Source: an uncultured Candidatus Rokubacteria bacterium (GTDB taxonomy: Bacteria > Methylomirabilota > Methylomirabilia > Rokubacteriales > CSP1-6). Taken from it: a stretch of DNA of 64,000 nt. This document shows, one piece after another, positions 56,670 to 64,000 of this stretch. The position numbers and the translations under genes are program-made. The stretch covers positions 849,640 through 913,639 of the forward strand of contig CAVWFS010000019.1 of assembly GCA_963754315.1 (NCBI GenBank), in the 5' to 3' direction. Positions within the stretch are counted from its first letter, which is position 1; the number at the start of each line of letters is the position of its first letter. The notes below the pieces were generated by a model. The model saw only the letters and a program-made list of their open reading frames with translations. It made no database searches and was not told the DNA's origin.

Positions 56670-58038
56670 TCACCGCGACTCTACCGCACCGTCGCCGACG
56701 CGTCTCACTACGTATCGATACTTGCCGCTTCGCTCAGGTGCAATGGCCCGCACCCGGTCCACTACCATCGCCACGCTCGAGCCTAGATGATGACGAAACA
56801 CCCGCATGATCCTATCCACTTCGCGCGTTTCGTCAAATTCGGGGCCTACAACCAGCTGGAGGCGCACGAATGTCCTGGATTCTTGGATAATCTTGAACTG
56901 CTCAACACCCGGTGTATCGCGCAAGTGCACGGCAAACGCGACGTCGTGCACCTTGCCACCGTGTTCGCTCAGCAGGAAGTCGTTCGTCCGTCCCATCACT
57001 GCCTCCAGCAGAGGCAGCCCACGCCCGCACGAGCATTCGCGGTTCGACAGCACCGCCACGTCGCCGTTCGCATAACGCACGAATGGAAACTCGTGTGAAA
57101 ACAAGTTTGTTACTACGACTTCACCCGGCACGCCATAGCCCGCCGGCCCGCCATCGGGGGCGACCGTTTCAACGATCACGTCTTCGGCGGTAATATGCAT
57201 ACCACCGCTTGGACACTCGTGAGCCAAAAACCCTGCGTCGCGCCCGCCGTACCCATCGGCGACAGCACAGCCGAACGCGCGCGCGATCGCGGCCCGCTGG
57301 TGCGGATACACCTTCTCCGCGGTCACGAAGGCGACCCGGTACCGAGATGGTTCATCCTGATACCACGCTCTATGGCGCGCTGCGCGATCAGGCTCAGCGA
57401 CGAAGGATACCCGAACAGCATCACCGGTCGAAAGGCCCGAATCTCGTGGAGGATGTCGTCGAGTCGCTGAGCCGACAACGACACGGCCGGACCAGTCGTG
57501 TCCGCAACACCAAGTCTCGTAGCCGCCGCATCCGATCCTGCGCGCTCAGCTCGATCGGTGAACTCCATGCCACGACCTCGCGATCACCGATGTCAACGCT
57601 CCACCAACGCGTCGCGCGCCACTTCGCCGCCACCTCTCGCGTCAGCCGCCGCTTGCCAATGAGGAAGCGCAATGGATCGCCGCTGGAGCCAGTCGTCGAA
57701 AACATCTTCATGTCAGCTGCCTCGTCCGCGCGCAACCTCCCCATGTTGGCCCTCATCGTTGCCTTATCCAGCACCGGCAACCGAGCCAGATCCCTCAGGG
57801 ATCCCAACGTTGTCGGTTCGAAATCCAACCGCTTAAAAAGGTCGCGGTAGTAGGGCACGTGGGCCCCCGCGTACCGCAACAGGGCGCCCAACCGGTCGAT
57901 CTGCAGCCGCTCGAGTTCCTCACGGCCAAGCCACTGGCTCCGTTCCAGTTCATGTCGAGCCGCCACCGTCCCATGGCCTTTCAGCCATTCATGGGCCGGA
58001 AAAAAGAGATTGGTACAGGCCTTGGCATACACGTTCAC
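56670..58038 (-). pseudogene. adenylate-forming enzyme of the CapK / coenzyme-F390-synthetase / phenylacetate-CoA-ligase family, split by two frameshifts
   Basis: Three consecutive track ORFs in different frames: 57421..58095 ('...YYRDLFKRLDFEP...FSTTGSSGDPLRFLIGK'), 57323..57568 ('...RLDDILHEIRAFRPVMLFGYPSSLSLIAQRAIERGIRMNHLGT') and 56670..57326 ('VTAEKVYPHQRAAIARAFGCAVADGYGGRDAGFLAHECPSGGMHITAEDVIVE...'). The second junction is a 1-nt deletion in 'ggtaccgggtcgcc' (expected '...LGTRVAFVTAEK'). Confidence 0.65.
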
Positions 58039-59165
58039 AGGACCGACTCCATCGTCTGTTTCGCTTTGGCAATCGCCAGATACTCGGCCAACCATTGTTG
58101 CCGCAGCCTGGGCCAGCCGTATCGCCCGGCCTCTTCTTGACCGGCCACCGCCAGACGGTCCGCGAGCTCCTGATCGCTCAAAAGACGAAGCACGGCCTCC
58201 GCCATCGCGGTGGAATCACCAGGTGCTACCAGGAGGGCCGTGCGTCCGTTCTCGGCAATGTGCGGCACTCCTCCCACGTCAGTGGAGACGACCGGAACCC
58301 CACTGGCGAACGCCTCGAGAATCGAGATCGGCATGTTGTCGACACGGCTCGGATTCAGGGCGACCGTCGCCTTTTCATACAACTCCGGCATCGCGGCATT
58401 GTCGACACGTCCAGCAAAGCTGACCGCTTCGGCAACGCCGAGCGCCTCCGCGAGTCTTCGTAGACGTGCCAGTTCCGGTCCGGACCCAGCCACGGTTAGG
58501 GTCGCTTTCGGGAATTGCGTCTGGACATCCTTAAACGCGCGCACCGCGGTGGCGATATCATAGATCGCCTCCAGATTCCGGGCGACCAGGATATTAGGGG
58601 TCTGGGCCCCTCGCCGGGAGGCAGTCGCGCGGAAGCGTTCTACGTCGACAATGTTGGGGATAACTCGAGGTTCAAAACCCAGGTCGCTAAAGACCTTCTG
58701 TAAGAACCTCGAAGGCGTGATCAATGCATCGGCGGCGGCCAGCGTGCGATGCACCAAGCGTGGCGCTCGACTGAAAAAGCTCTCGGCGCCACCGCCCCGA
58801 TAGTTGACAATCACCGGGACGCTGCGCAGCTTGGCGACCCAGATAGCCGGCGCGGCGAACATGTGCCAGGACCAACCCGAGTTTGCCATGACATGGAGCA
58901 CGTCGGCCTTGCCCGTCGCACGCCACGCGGTAACAAGGTAGGGCACGAGGCGAAAGACCGCGCGCAAGCCGCGCAACCATCCGACCCAGGCCGGTCGGTA
59001 CGGTCGGTTGGTCTGTACGAGCATCACGGTGGCGCCTTCCACGCGCAAGAGTTCAGCGAGATCGCGGGTCTGATTTGCCATGCCGCCCCATGGAGGAGGC
59101 AGGGGTCCCACCAGTCCAATATGGAGGCCCCGCCAACTCATGGCTTCTCGAGTCTGGCCAGGCAT
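58035..59165 (-). CDS. glycosyltransferase family 4
   Basis: 'LHIGLVGPLPPPWGGMANQT' N-terminus; 'PISILEAFASGVPVVSTDVGGVPHIAENGRTALLVAPGD' GT4 motif. Confidence 0.75.
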   Translation of the reverse strand: MPGQTREAMSWRGLHIGLVGPLPPPWGGMANQTRDLAELLRVEGATVMLVQTNRPYRPAWVGWLRGLRAVFRLVPYLVTAWRATGKADVLHVMANSGWSWHMFAAPAIWVAKLRSVPVIVNYRGGGAESFFSRAPRLVHRTLAAADALITPSRFLQKVFSDLGFEPRVIPNIVDVERFRATASRRGAQTPNILVARNLEAIYDIATAVRAFKDVQTQFPKATLTVAGSGPELARLRRLAEALGVAEAVSFAGRVDNAAMPELYEKATVALNPSRVDNMPISILEAFASGVPVVSTDVGGVPHIAENGRTALLVAPGDSTAMAEAVLRLLSDQELADRLAVAGQEEAGRYGWPRLRQQWLAEYLAIAKAKQTMESVL

Positions 59166-59951
59166 TTACCGGCGCTCATAGACGCCGAGCAGACACTTCT
59201 CGGGATAGGTCAGCCCGATCCAATTCAGGGTGCGACGGCCGAGGAGTTCAATCCTCAGCGTCGTTGCGAACCGACCGAAGGCGCGGCAGTCCTCGAGCGC
59301 GCTGAAGTATCGTTCCCGGAATCCAGCCTGTTCAAAAAGGCCGGCCAGTCGCCTCCGCGTGTTCATTTTATAGGCCACCGGAAAAGTGTCACGTTCGTGT
59401 GTTTCCCATAACCAGCGCTTGGCGAGGTGATGGAGGGCGAAGGGCATGAGCTTGGTGATGACAGGCACCGGCGACCATCGGTTCACGGTATAGATGACGA
59501 TCTGCGCTCCGGGGCGGGTCATCCGGGCGATGGTCGACACGCTCTGCTCTGGACAAGCTATGTGTTCGGCAACCATCCGGAGGGTGACGATGTCAAAGGT
59601 CCGATCCAGCGGCACGTCCTCGATCGAACACTGGAATCGCTCGTGAAGAAATGGATTCTCTTTGATGGTTTCGGCCGGATCCACTCCGACGAGGAGTCCA
59701 CAGCGAGCTACCAGCGTCTCCGTCAAACGCGGATTCGCGATGAAGACATTCCGGCCACAACCGACGTCAAGCCACCTACAGCCCGGAGTAACGAGCTTCG
59801 CCACCACGGTCTCGTAGTATTCATCGGGGGTGAAGTAATCGAAGCGGCGCCGGAGCCGCGGTGACCATCCTGGGGGCGCGAGATCTCCGTAACGCATACG
59901 GAAGGTCTCCAGGAGTTCAGCCTGACTGGGATGGAGATCGCCATGGTTCAC
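59166..59951 (-). CDS. class I SAM-dependent methyltransferase (start uncertain; Arg-rich upstream extension in track ORF judged non-coding)
   Basis: Motif I 'RWLDVGCGRNVF', 'LLVGVDPAE', 'FDIVTLRMVAEHIACPEQ', 'TRPGAQIVIYTVN'. Start placed at GTG just downstream of the upstream gene's stop (60005). Confidence 0.6.
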   Translation of the reverse strand: MNHGDLHPSQAELLETFRMRYGDLAPPGWSPRLRRRFDYFTPDEYYETVVAKLVTPGCRWLDVGCGRNVFIANPRLTETLVARCGLLVGVDPAETIKENPFLHERFQCSIEDVPLDRTFDIVTLRMVAEHIACPEQSVSTIARMTRPGAQIVIYTVNRWSPVPVITKLMPFALHHLAKRWLWETHERDTFPVAYKMNTRRRLAGLFEQAGFRERYFSALEDCRAFGRFATTLRIELLGRRTLNWIGLTYPEKCLLGVYERR

Positions 59952-60004
59952 GACACGTACTCCGCTGCCCAATCTCAATGGCACCGAGCGGAAGACATCA
60001 TCGT

Positions 60005-60979
60005 CTATCTCCTCACCACCCAGGGCCACAACCCTGCCAGCTGGATGGCGAGAGCCAGTAGGAGACCGAAAAGCAACAGCGCCGCGACACGAAGCCGCGA
60101 TCGACTGTCGATCAGAGCGGTGACCGCGGGGCCGCTCTCGGGCGTTGGTAGAATCCGAATGCGCGCTCGAGCATCGAGCAGGGTGCTCACCGCTTCTCCG
60201 ACCCCGCCACCTAGCCGACCTGCCCAGTGGACCACTGGATGAGCGTCGCCCGAGAGGACGGCGTTTCCCCAATACAGATACCACTGGCTGAGCCCGCGGC
60301 GATAGTACTCCAACGCCTTGTCTCGATGGACGAACCCGGGTCGGCCTGGCCCGTTCGCGCCCATCAGCATCGGTACGCGACGACCTTGCAGCGAATCACG
60401 CACTTCGAAGGCGCTGAGCGGCTCTCCGCTCTGCGGGTCCACGCCATGAAAGTTGTTGTAGACGTCGAGAAACAGCCACTTGTCCCGTCCTCGATCAAAC
60501 ACCTCAACAAACGTATGCCCGTGGCCGCCAAAGCCATCGAAAGAGAATGCCCATTGCCGCGCCACAATCCCCGCCGCGTGAGCAAGGGCCAGAAACACCT
60601 TTACGAAATCCCCGCAATAACCACGCCCTTGACGGATCCCGATGTAGGTGGTGCGCAGATCTGCCCGGATCGGGGTGCTGTCCCGGGCATGCTCGGCAAG
60701 GTGGGCGGCGAGGGTCTTCGCCTTGTCCCAGTCGCTGCTGATAGCTACTGGGATTAGCAGCTTAACCACTTCCGACAGCTCGGCCGGTGCCGGGCGACGC
60801 TCGAGTCTAAAGTCGGTGGGCACGTCAGCCGGCGTCCACGCAAAGTCACCGGGGCGGCTCGGCATCATGAGCAACGCGTTGCGCATCCGCACCGCCTTCG
60901 TCGATGGGTGGGCCTGGGACAGAACCCATGCCGTGATGGCGACGAGGGCCAGCAGATTGAGGGCCACCCCGGTCGTCAC
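60005..60979 (-). CDS. membrane-anchored transglutaminase-like (papain-fold) domain protein
   Basis: N- and C-terminal TM helices. 'RGYCGDFVKVFLALAHAAGIVARQWAFSFDG...HGHTFVEVFD' fits the transglutaminase-like Cys...His...Asp core. Confidence 0.5.
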   Translation of the reverse strand: MTTGVALNLLALVAITAWVLSQAHPSTKAVRMRNALLMMPSRPGDFAWTPADVPTDFRLERRPAPAELSEVVKLLIPVAISSDWDKAKTLAAHLAEHARDSTPIRADLRTTYIGIRQGRGYCGDFVKVFLALAHAAGIVARQWAFSFDGFGGHGHTFVEVFDRGRDKWLFLDVYNNFHGVDPQSGEPLSAFEVRDSLQGRRVPMLMGANGPGRPGFVHRDKALEYYRRGLSQWYLYWGNAVLSGDAHPVVHWAGRLGGGVGEAVSTLLDARARIRILPTPESGPAVTALIDSRSRLRVAALLLFGLLLALAIQLAGLWPWVVRR

Positions 60980-60983
60980 GCTC

Positions 60984-62300
60984 TCACCAACTGAGCCCTA
61001 CGTACTGTGCCCGAAGATTCGCGCGCTCTCTGATGTTTACGAGGTCAAGCACGATCTGGTCCGGGCGAGCGTGTCTAGCCAGGCCCGTGATGGTCTCGGG
61101 GTCATTGAGCCCGACCACGAGGATGTCGGAATCGACGATCACCTTCTCGATGTCGCGGCGTAGGAGGCAGCCGATGTGCGGTACGTGCTGTTCGATAAAC
61201 CTCCGGTTAGCCCCGAGCAGGCTCGACAGGTGCACGTCGGGGTCGTACACGAGCAGCCCCAGCCCCTTACCAATGAAGTGTTCGGCGAGCAAAACCAATG
61301 GGCTCTCACGCAGGTCGTCGGTCCCGGCCTTGAACGATAGCCCAATCATCCCAACCCGTCGCCTTCCTGACGACATCACCTTCGCGATAGCATGGTCGAG
61401 GTGGAGGCGATTCGATGGCAATATAGCCGCCAGCATCGGGAGTTCCACGTCGCGCATCTTGGCCAGATATGTGGTGGCCCGGAGATCCTTCGGTAGGCAA
61501 GACCCACCGAACGCGAACCCCGGCTTCAAGTACGCCGGCGATATGTTGAGCTGTGTGTCACGGCAGACCAAGTCCATGACTTCGAAGGCGTCGACGCCTA
61601 GTGCCTCGCACAACCGTGCCGTCTCATTGGCGAACGTGATCTTAAGTGCGTGAAAATTGTTACAGCAATACTTGACCATCTCCGCGGCCCGAATCGACGT
61701 CGCGTAGAACTGGCCGGGCAAATGACCGAAGAGGGCCCGTAGTGTCTCCGTGGCCACTGCTGAGCGGGCCCCGACAATGGTAAACGGGGGCCGGTCATAG
61801 TCTCGGATCGAGGTCCCCTCCCGCAGAAACTCTGGCTGGAAGCACACGTGGAATCCCTCTCCCTCCTTCTTACCCGACTCCTTCTCGAGAATTGGCAGCA
61901 GGATTTCTTCCACCGTGCCAGGGACGAGCGTCGAACGGAACACGACGACGTGGGGAAACGCCGTTGCTTGCATGGCCAGACCGATGTCGTGCGCGACGCG
62001 TAGCAGCGCCGACTGGTCCTGGCTGCCATTGGCGGCGGCAGGCGTCCCCACACAGACCAACGACATCTGACTGGCCTTAAGCGCGACCTCGGCGTGCTGG
62101 GTAACGGCCACACGACCGCTGGCCACGGCTTGAGCCATGAGGTCGACCATTCCCTCTTCGACCACCGGCGTGCGACCGTCCGCGATGAGGTCAAGCTTGG
62201 CCTGATCGACATCGACGCCAATTACCTCGTGCCCGTCACGACTCAAGCATGCGAGTGACACCGCCCCGACATAACCGAGACCGAACACACTGATCTTCAC
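60984..62300 (-). CDS. nucleotide-sugar dehydrogenase (UDP-glucose/GDP-mannose dehydrogenase family; e.g. UDP-ManNAc or UDP-Glc 6-dehydrogenase)
   Basis: GTG start 'VKISVFGLGYVGAVSLACL' (NAD-binding GxGxxG) preceded by AAGGAGAA. Catalytic Cys region 'GFAFGGSCLPKD'; C-terminal UDP-binding domain. Confidence 0.8.
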   Translation of the reverse strand: MKISVFGLGYVGAVSLACLSRDGHEVIGVDVDQAKLDLIADGRTPVVEEGMVDLMAQAVASGRVAVTQHAEVALKASQMSLVCVGTPAAANGSQDQSALLRVAHDIGLAMQATAFPHVVVFRSTLVPGTVEEILLPILEKESGKKEGEGFHVCFQPEFLREGTSIRDYDRPPFTIVGARSAVATETLRALFGHLPGQFYATSIRAAEMVKYCCNNFHALKITFANETARLCEALGVDAFEVMDLVCRDTQLNISPAYLKPGFAFGGSCLPKDLRATTYLAKMRDVELPMLAAILPSNRLHLDHAIAKVMSSGRRRVGMIGLSFKAGTDDLRESPLVLLAEHFIGKGLGLLVYDPDVHLSSLLGANRRFIEQHVPHIGCLLRRDIEKVIVDSDILVVGLNDPETITGLARHARPDQIVLDLVNIRERANLRAQYVGLSW

Positions 62301-63529
62301 GACGCGCGTTCTCCTTGCAGTTCCTTCGCCTGACTCCAGCCCTGGTGCCTCGACAAACACCGCTCGATCATTGCATCCAGGCGGCGCATCGAGTGATCCC
62401 ACGCGTGATGTGTCAGCATCCGCCGGCGGCCGGCCACTGATAGACGGTGACGCTCAGTGGCATCATCGAGGATGCGCACGATGGCGCGTACATAATCATC
62501 GGGCGTCTGCGCCACCAAAAAGTGATCATTATCGAGTGCATCGACGCCGGCCGCCGCCATCCGGCTCGTGACCACCGGTACTCCCAGCGCCATCGATTCG
62601 AGGATCTTGTTTTGCGTACCGCGGGCGATGTTGAGCGGCGCCACCATGAGAGCAGAACGGTGAAGATAGGGGCGCACGTCGCTCACGGAGCCGGTCACGG
62701 TGACGCCAGGGATCTCGGCCAGCCGGCGGACCGCGGACGACGGATCGGCCCCGACGATCACCAGCTTGACACGTGGGCGTCGGGCGCGCAGAAGTGGGAG
62801 CGTGCGCGCGCAAAAATCAAGCATACATTCCTGATTTGGGAAGTAGTCCATGCGGCCGACGAACGAGATCATGTCGGTGTCGTACGGCTCTTCGCGAGGC
62901 GCAAAGTAGGTGCCGTCGACACCGTTCGGGAACCAATCCGTCGCCACGCCGACTGAGTACCCCTCCAGGGTCTCCCATTCGGCCCGCGTGGTGGCTGTGC
63001 AGAGGTCAAAGTGCCGAGCCAGGCGCTTCTCCAAACGTTCGAGCTTGCGCCCCTCCAGCCAATAACCGGCTGCCAGTGGGAACGGCTTAAAGCGAGCATA
63101 ATCGAGCCACTTCTGCGAGTCCATGTCACCGAAGTCGAGGATCTTTGGCATGCCGCGCAGCCCCGCCACGTACGGCGCCACCGAGGAGCAGTGGACGAAA
63201 ACCAGGTCGAACCTCTCCTGCTTACCAAGCACGCGGATCCGGCGGGCGAGATGGCCAGAGTGAAAATAGCCCACCGACGACGGCACCGGCGTTGGCAGGC
63301 GCGTCAGCATCCGGCCCCACTGCACCGCTTCGCGTACCACGGCCATCTCGAAGCGTGCGCAGTGGGGGGCGATACCGCGTCCCTCCTCGGCTTCGGCCGT
63401 GGAGCGGGCCAACGAGCATACGGTGACCTCGTGTTTCTGAGCCAGGTGGCGGATCGTGTTAAACGGTCTGATCTTGCCCCCGCGTTTGGGTGGAAAAGGG
63501 AAGCGGTGGCAGACGTAGAGAATTTTCAC
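62297..63529 (-). CDS. glycosyltransferase (GT4-like 'sugar transferase, PEP-CTERM/EpsH1 system associated' type)
   Basis: N-terminus 'MKILYVCHRFPFPPKRGGKIRPFNTIRHLA' is the hallmark of that family. C-terminal 'NKILESMALGVPVVTSRMAAAGVDALDNDHFLVAQTPDD'. Confidence 0.75.
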   Translation of the reverse strand: MKILYVCHRFPFPPKRGGKIRPFNTIRHLAQKHEVTVCSLARSTAEAEEGRGIAPHCARFEMAVVREAVQWGRMLTRLPTPVPSSVGYFHSGHLARRIRVLGKQERFDLVFVHCSSVAPYVAGLRGMPKILDFGDMDSQKWLDYARFKPFPLAAGYWLEGRKLERLEKRLARHFDLCTATTRAEWETLEGYSVGVATDWFPNGVDGTYFAPREEPYDTDMISFVGRMDYFPNQECMLDFCARTLPLLRARRPRVKLVIVGADPSSAVRRLAEIPGVTVTGSVSDVRPYLHRSALMVAPLNIARGTQNKILESMALGVPVVTSRMAAAGVDALDNDHFLVAQTPDDYVRAIVRILDDATERHRLSVAGRRRMLTHHAWDHSMRRLDAMIERCLSRHQGWSQAKELQGERAS

Positions 63530-64000
63530 GTGGCCTCCTTGAGCTCCGCAGTGACGTCCTCGACATCCCGGCGGTCGAGGAAGATTCGCGCCCAGATCTC
63601 GAGGGCAAGCATCGCCACCAGACGGTCGGTACCGTCGATCCGCCGCGTTTCATGGGCCGCAATCAGCGTGCGCACTGCGTCGTAGCGGAACAGGCCACGA
63701 GCGGCCACGGCCGATTCCGACAACAGGAGACGTACCACGGGCACCAAGTCGCTCTTAAGCCATGCCCCCATCGGCGTGCCGAAACCGCGCTTCTCACGCT
63801 CGAGGATGTCGTTCGGCAGGAGGCCTGTCACCGCCTGCTTCATCGCATGCTTGAGACGCCCTCCCCGGATCTTGATTCCTTGCGGCATACGGGCGGCGAG
63901 TTCCACGAGCTCATGGTCGAGAAGCGGAACCCGGCACTCGAGTGAAGTGGCCATCGACATTTTGTCGGTCAAGTGCAGCAGGTCGTCGGGGAGTTGGGTG
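63526..64000 (-). CDS. asparagine synthetase-family amidotransferase #4, C-terminal part only (gene continues beyond window end)
   Basis: 'LECRVPLLDHELVELAARMP...KHAMKQAVTGLLPNDILEREKRGFGTPMGAWL...LALEIWARIF' matches the AsnB C-terminal region. Confidence 0.7.
   Translation of the reverse strand, partial: TQLPDDLLHLTDKMSMATSLECRVPLLDHELVELAARMPQGIKIRGGRLKHAMKQAVTGLLPNDILEREKRGFGTPMGAWLKSDLVPVVRLLLSESAVAARGLFRYDAVRTLIAAHETRRIDGTDRLVAMLALEIWARIFLDRRDVEDVTAELKEAT

Noticed and set aside
1-64000. CRISPR arrays, tRNA/rRNA genes
   Set aside because: No regularly spaced direct repeats and no cloverleaf-like or rRNA-like low-GC conserved segments seen. The non-coding gaps (6.1-6.5, 6.9-7.1, 7.6-8.45, 18.17-18.4, 49.2-49.74 kb) show only the promoter and repeat elements already listed.

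Overview
This is a high-GC (~65-70%), gene-dense bacterial window. Its core, roughly 8.4-41.6 kb, is a PEP-CTERM/exosortase-type exopolysaccharide (EPS) biosynthesis locus. It encodes a PrsT-like TPR lipoprotein, two sigma-54 enhancer-binding regulators (one with a degenerate receiver), a PrsK-like histidine kinase, an exosortase, a Wza-like export protein, an outer-membrane barrel, the EpsB-type priming sugar transferase, a fused chain-length-determinant/tyrosine autokinase, two deacetylases, FemAB/GNAT acyltransferases, GT4 glycosyltransferases, a Wzy/O-antigen-ligase-like protein and three asparagine-synthetase-family amidotransferases. A perfect sigma-54 -24/-12 element sits just upstream of the priming transferase. 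The most unusual content is a paralogous, modular secreted-protein family that flanks the EPS locus on both sides. The modules are Kelch-like beta-propeller A, propeller-like B, right-handed beta-helix C and a ~120-aa C-terminal domain D. At 12.6-18.2 kb the modules are separate genes A, B(frameshifted), C, with an IS256 remnant between A and B. At 41.6-49.2 kb they recur as A, B and one 1524-aa fusion protein (A-Ig x2-B-FN3 x2-C) in the same module order. Three sets of inverted DNA repeats (~0.36, 0.6 and 1.06 kb; the latter two ~97-100% identical) link these genes. They could drive inversions that swap N-terminal cassettes or flip the entire ~30-kb EPS locus. Several genes (wecB, the B-family gene, asnB-like #3, a CapK-like ligase) carry frameshifts, mostly 1-nt deletions in C/G homopolymers. 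These are either pseudogenes/phase-variable sites or assembly errors. A second glycan-modification cluster and a large zinc-ribbon/adenylyl-cyclase/AAA/TPR regulator occupy 49.7-64 kb.
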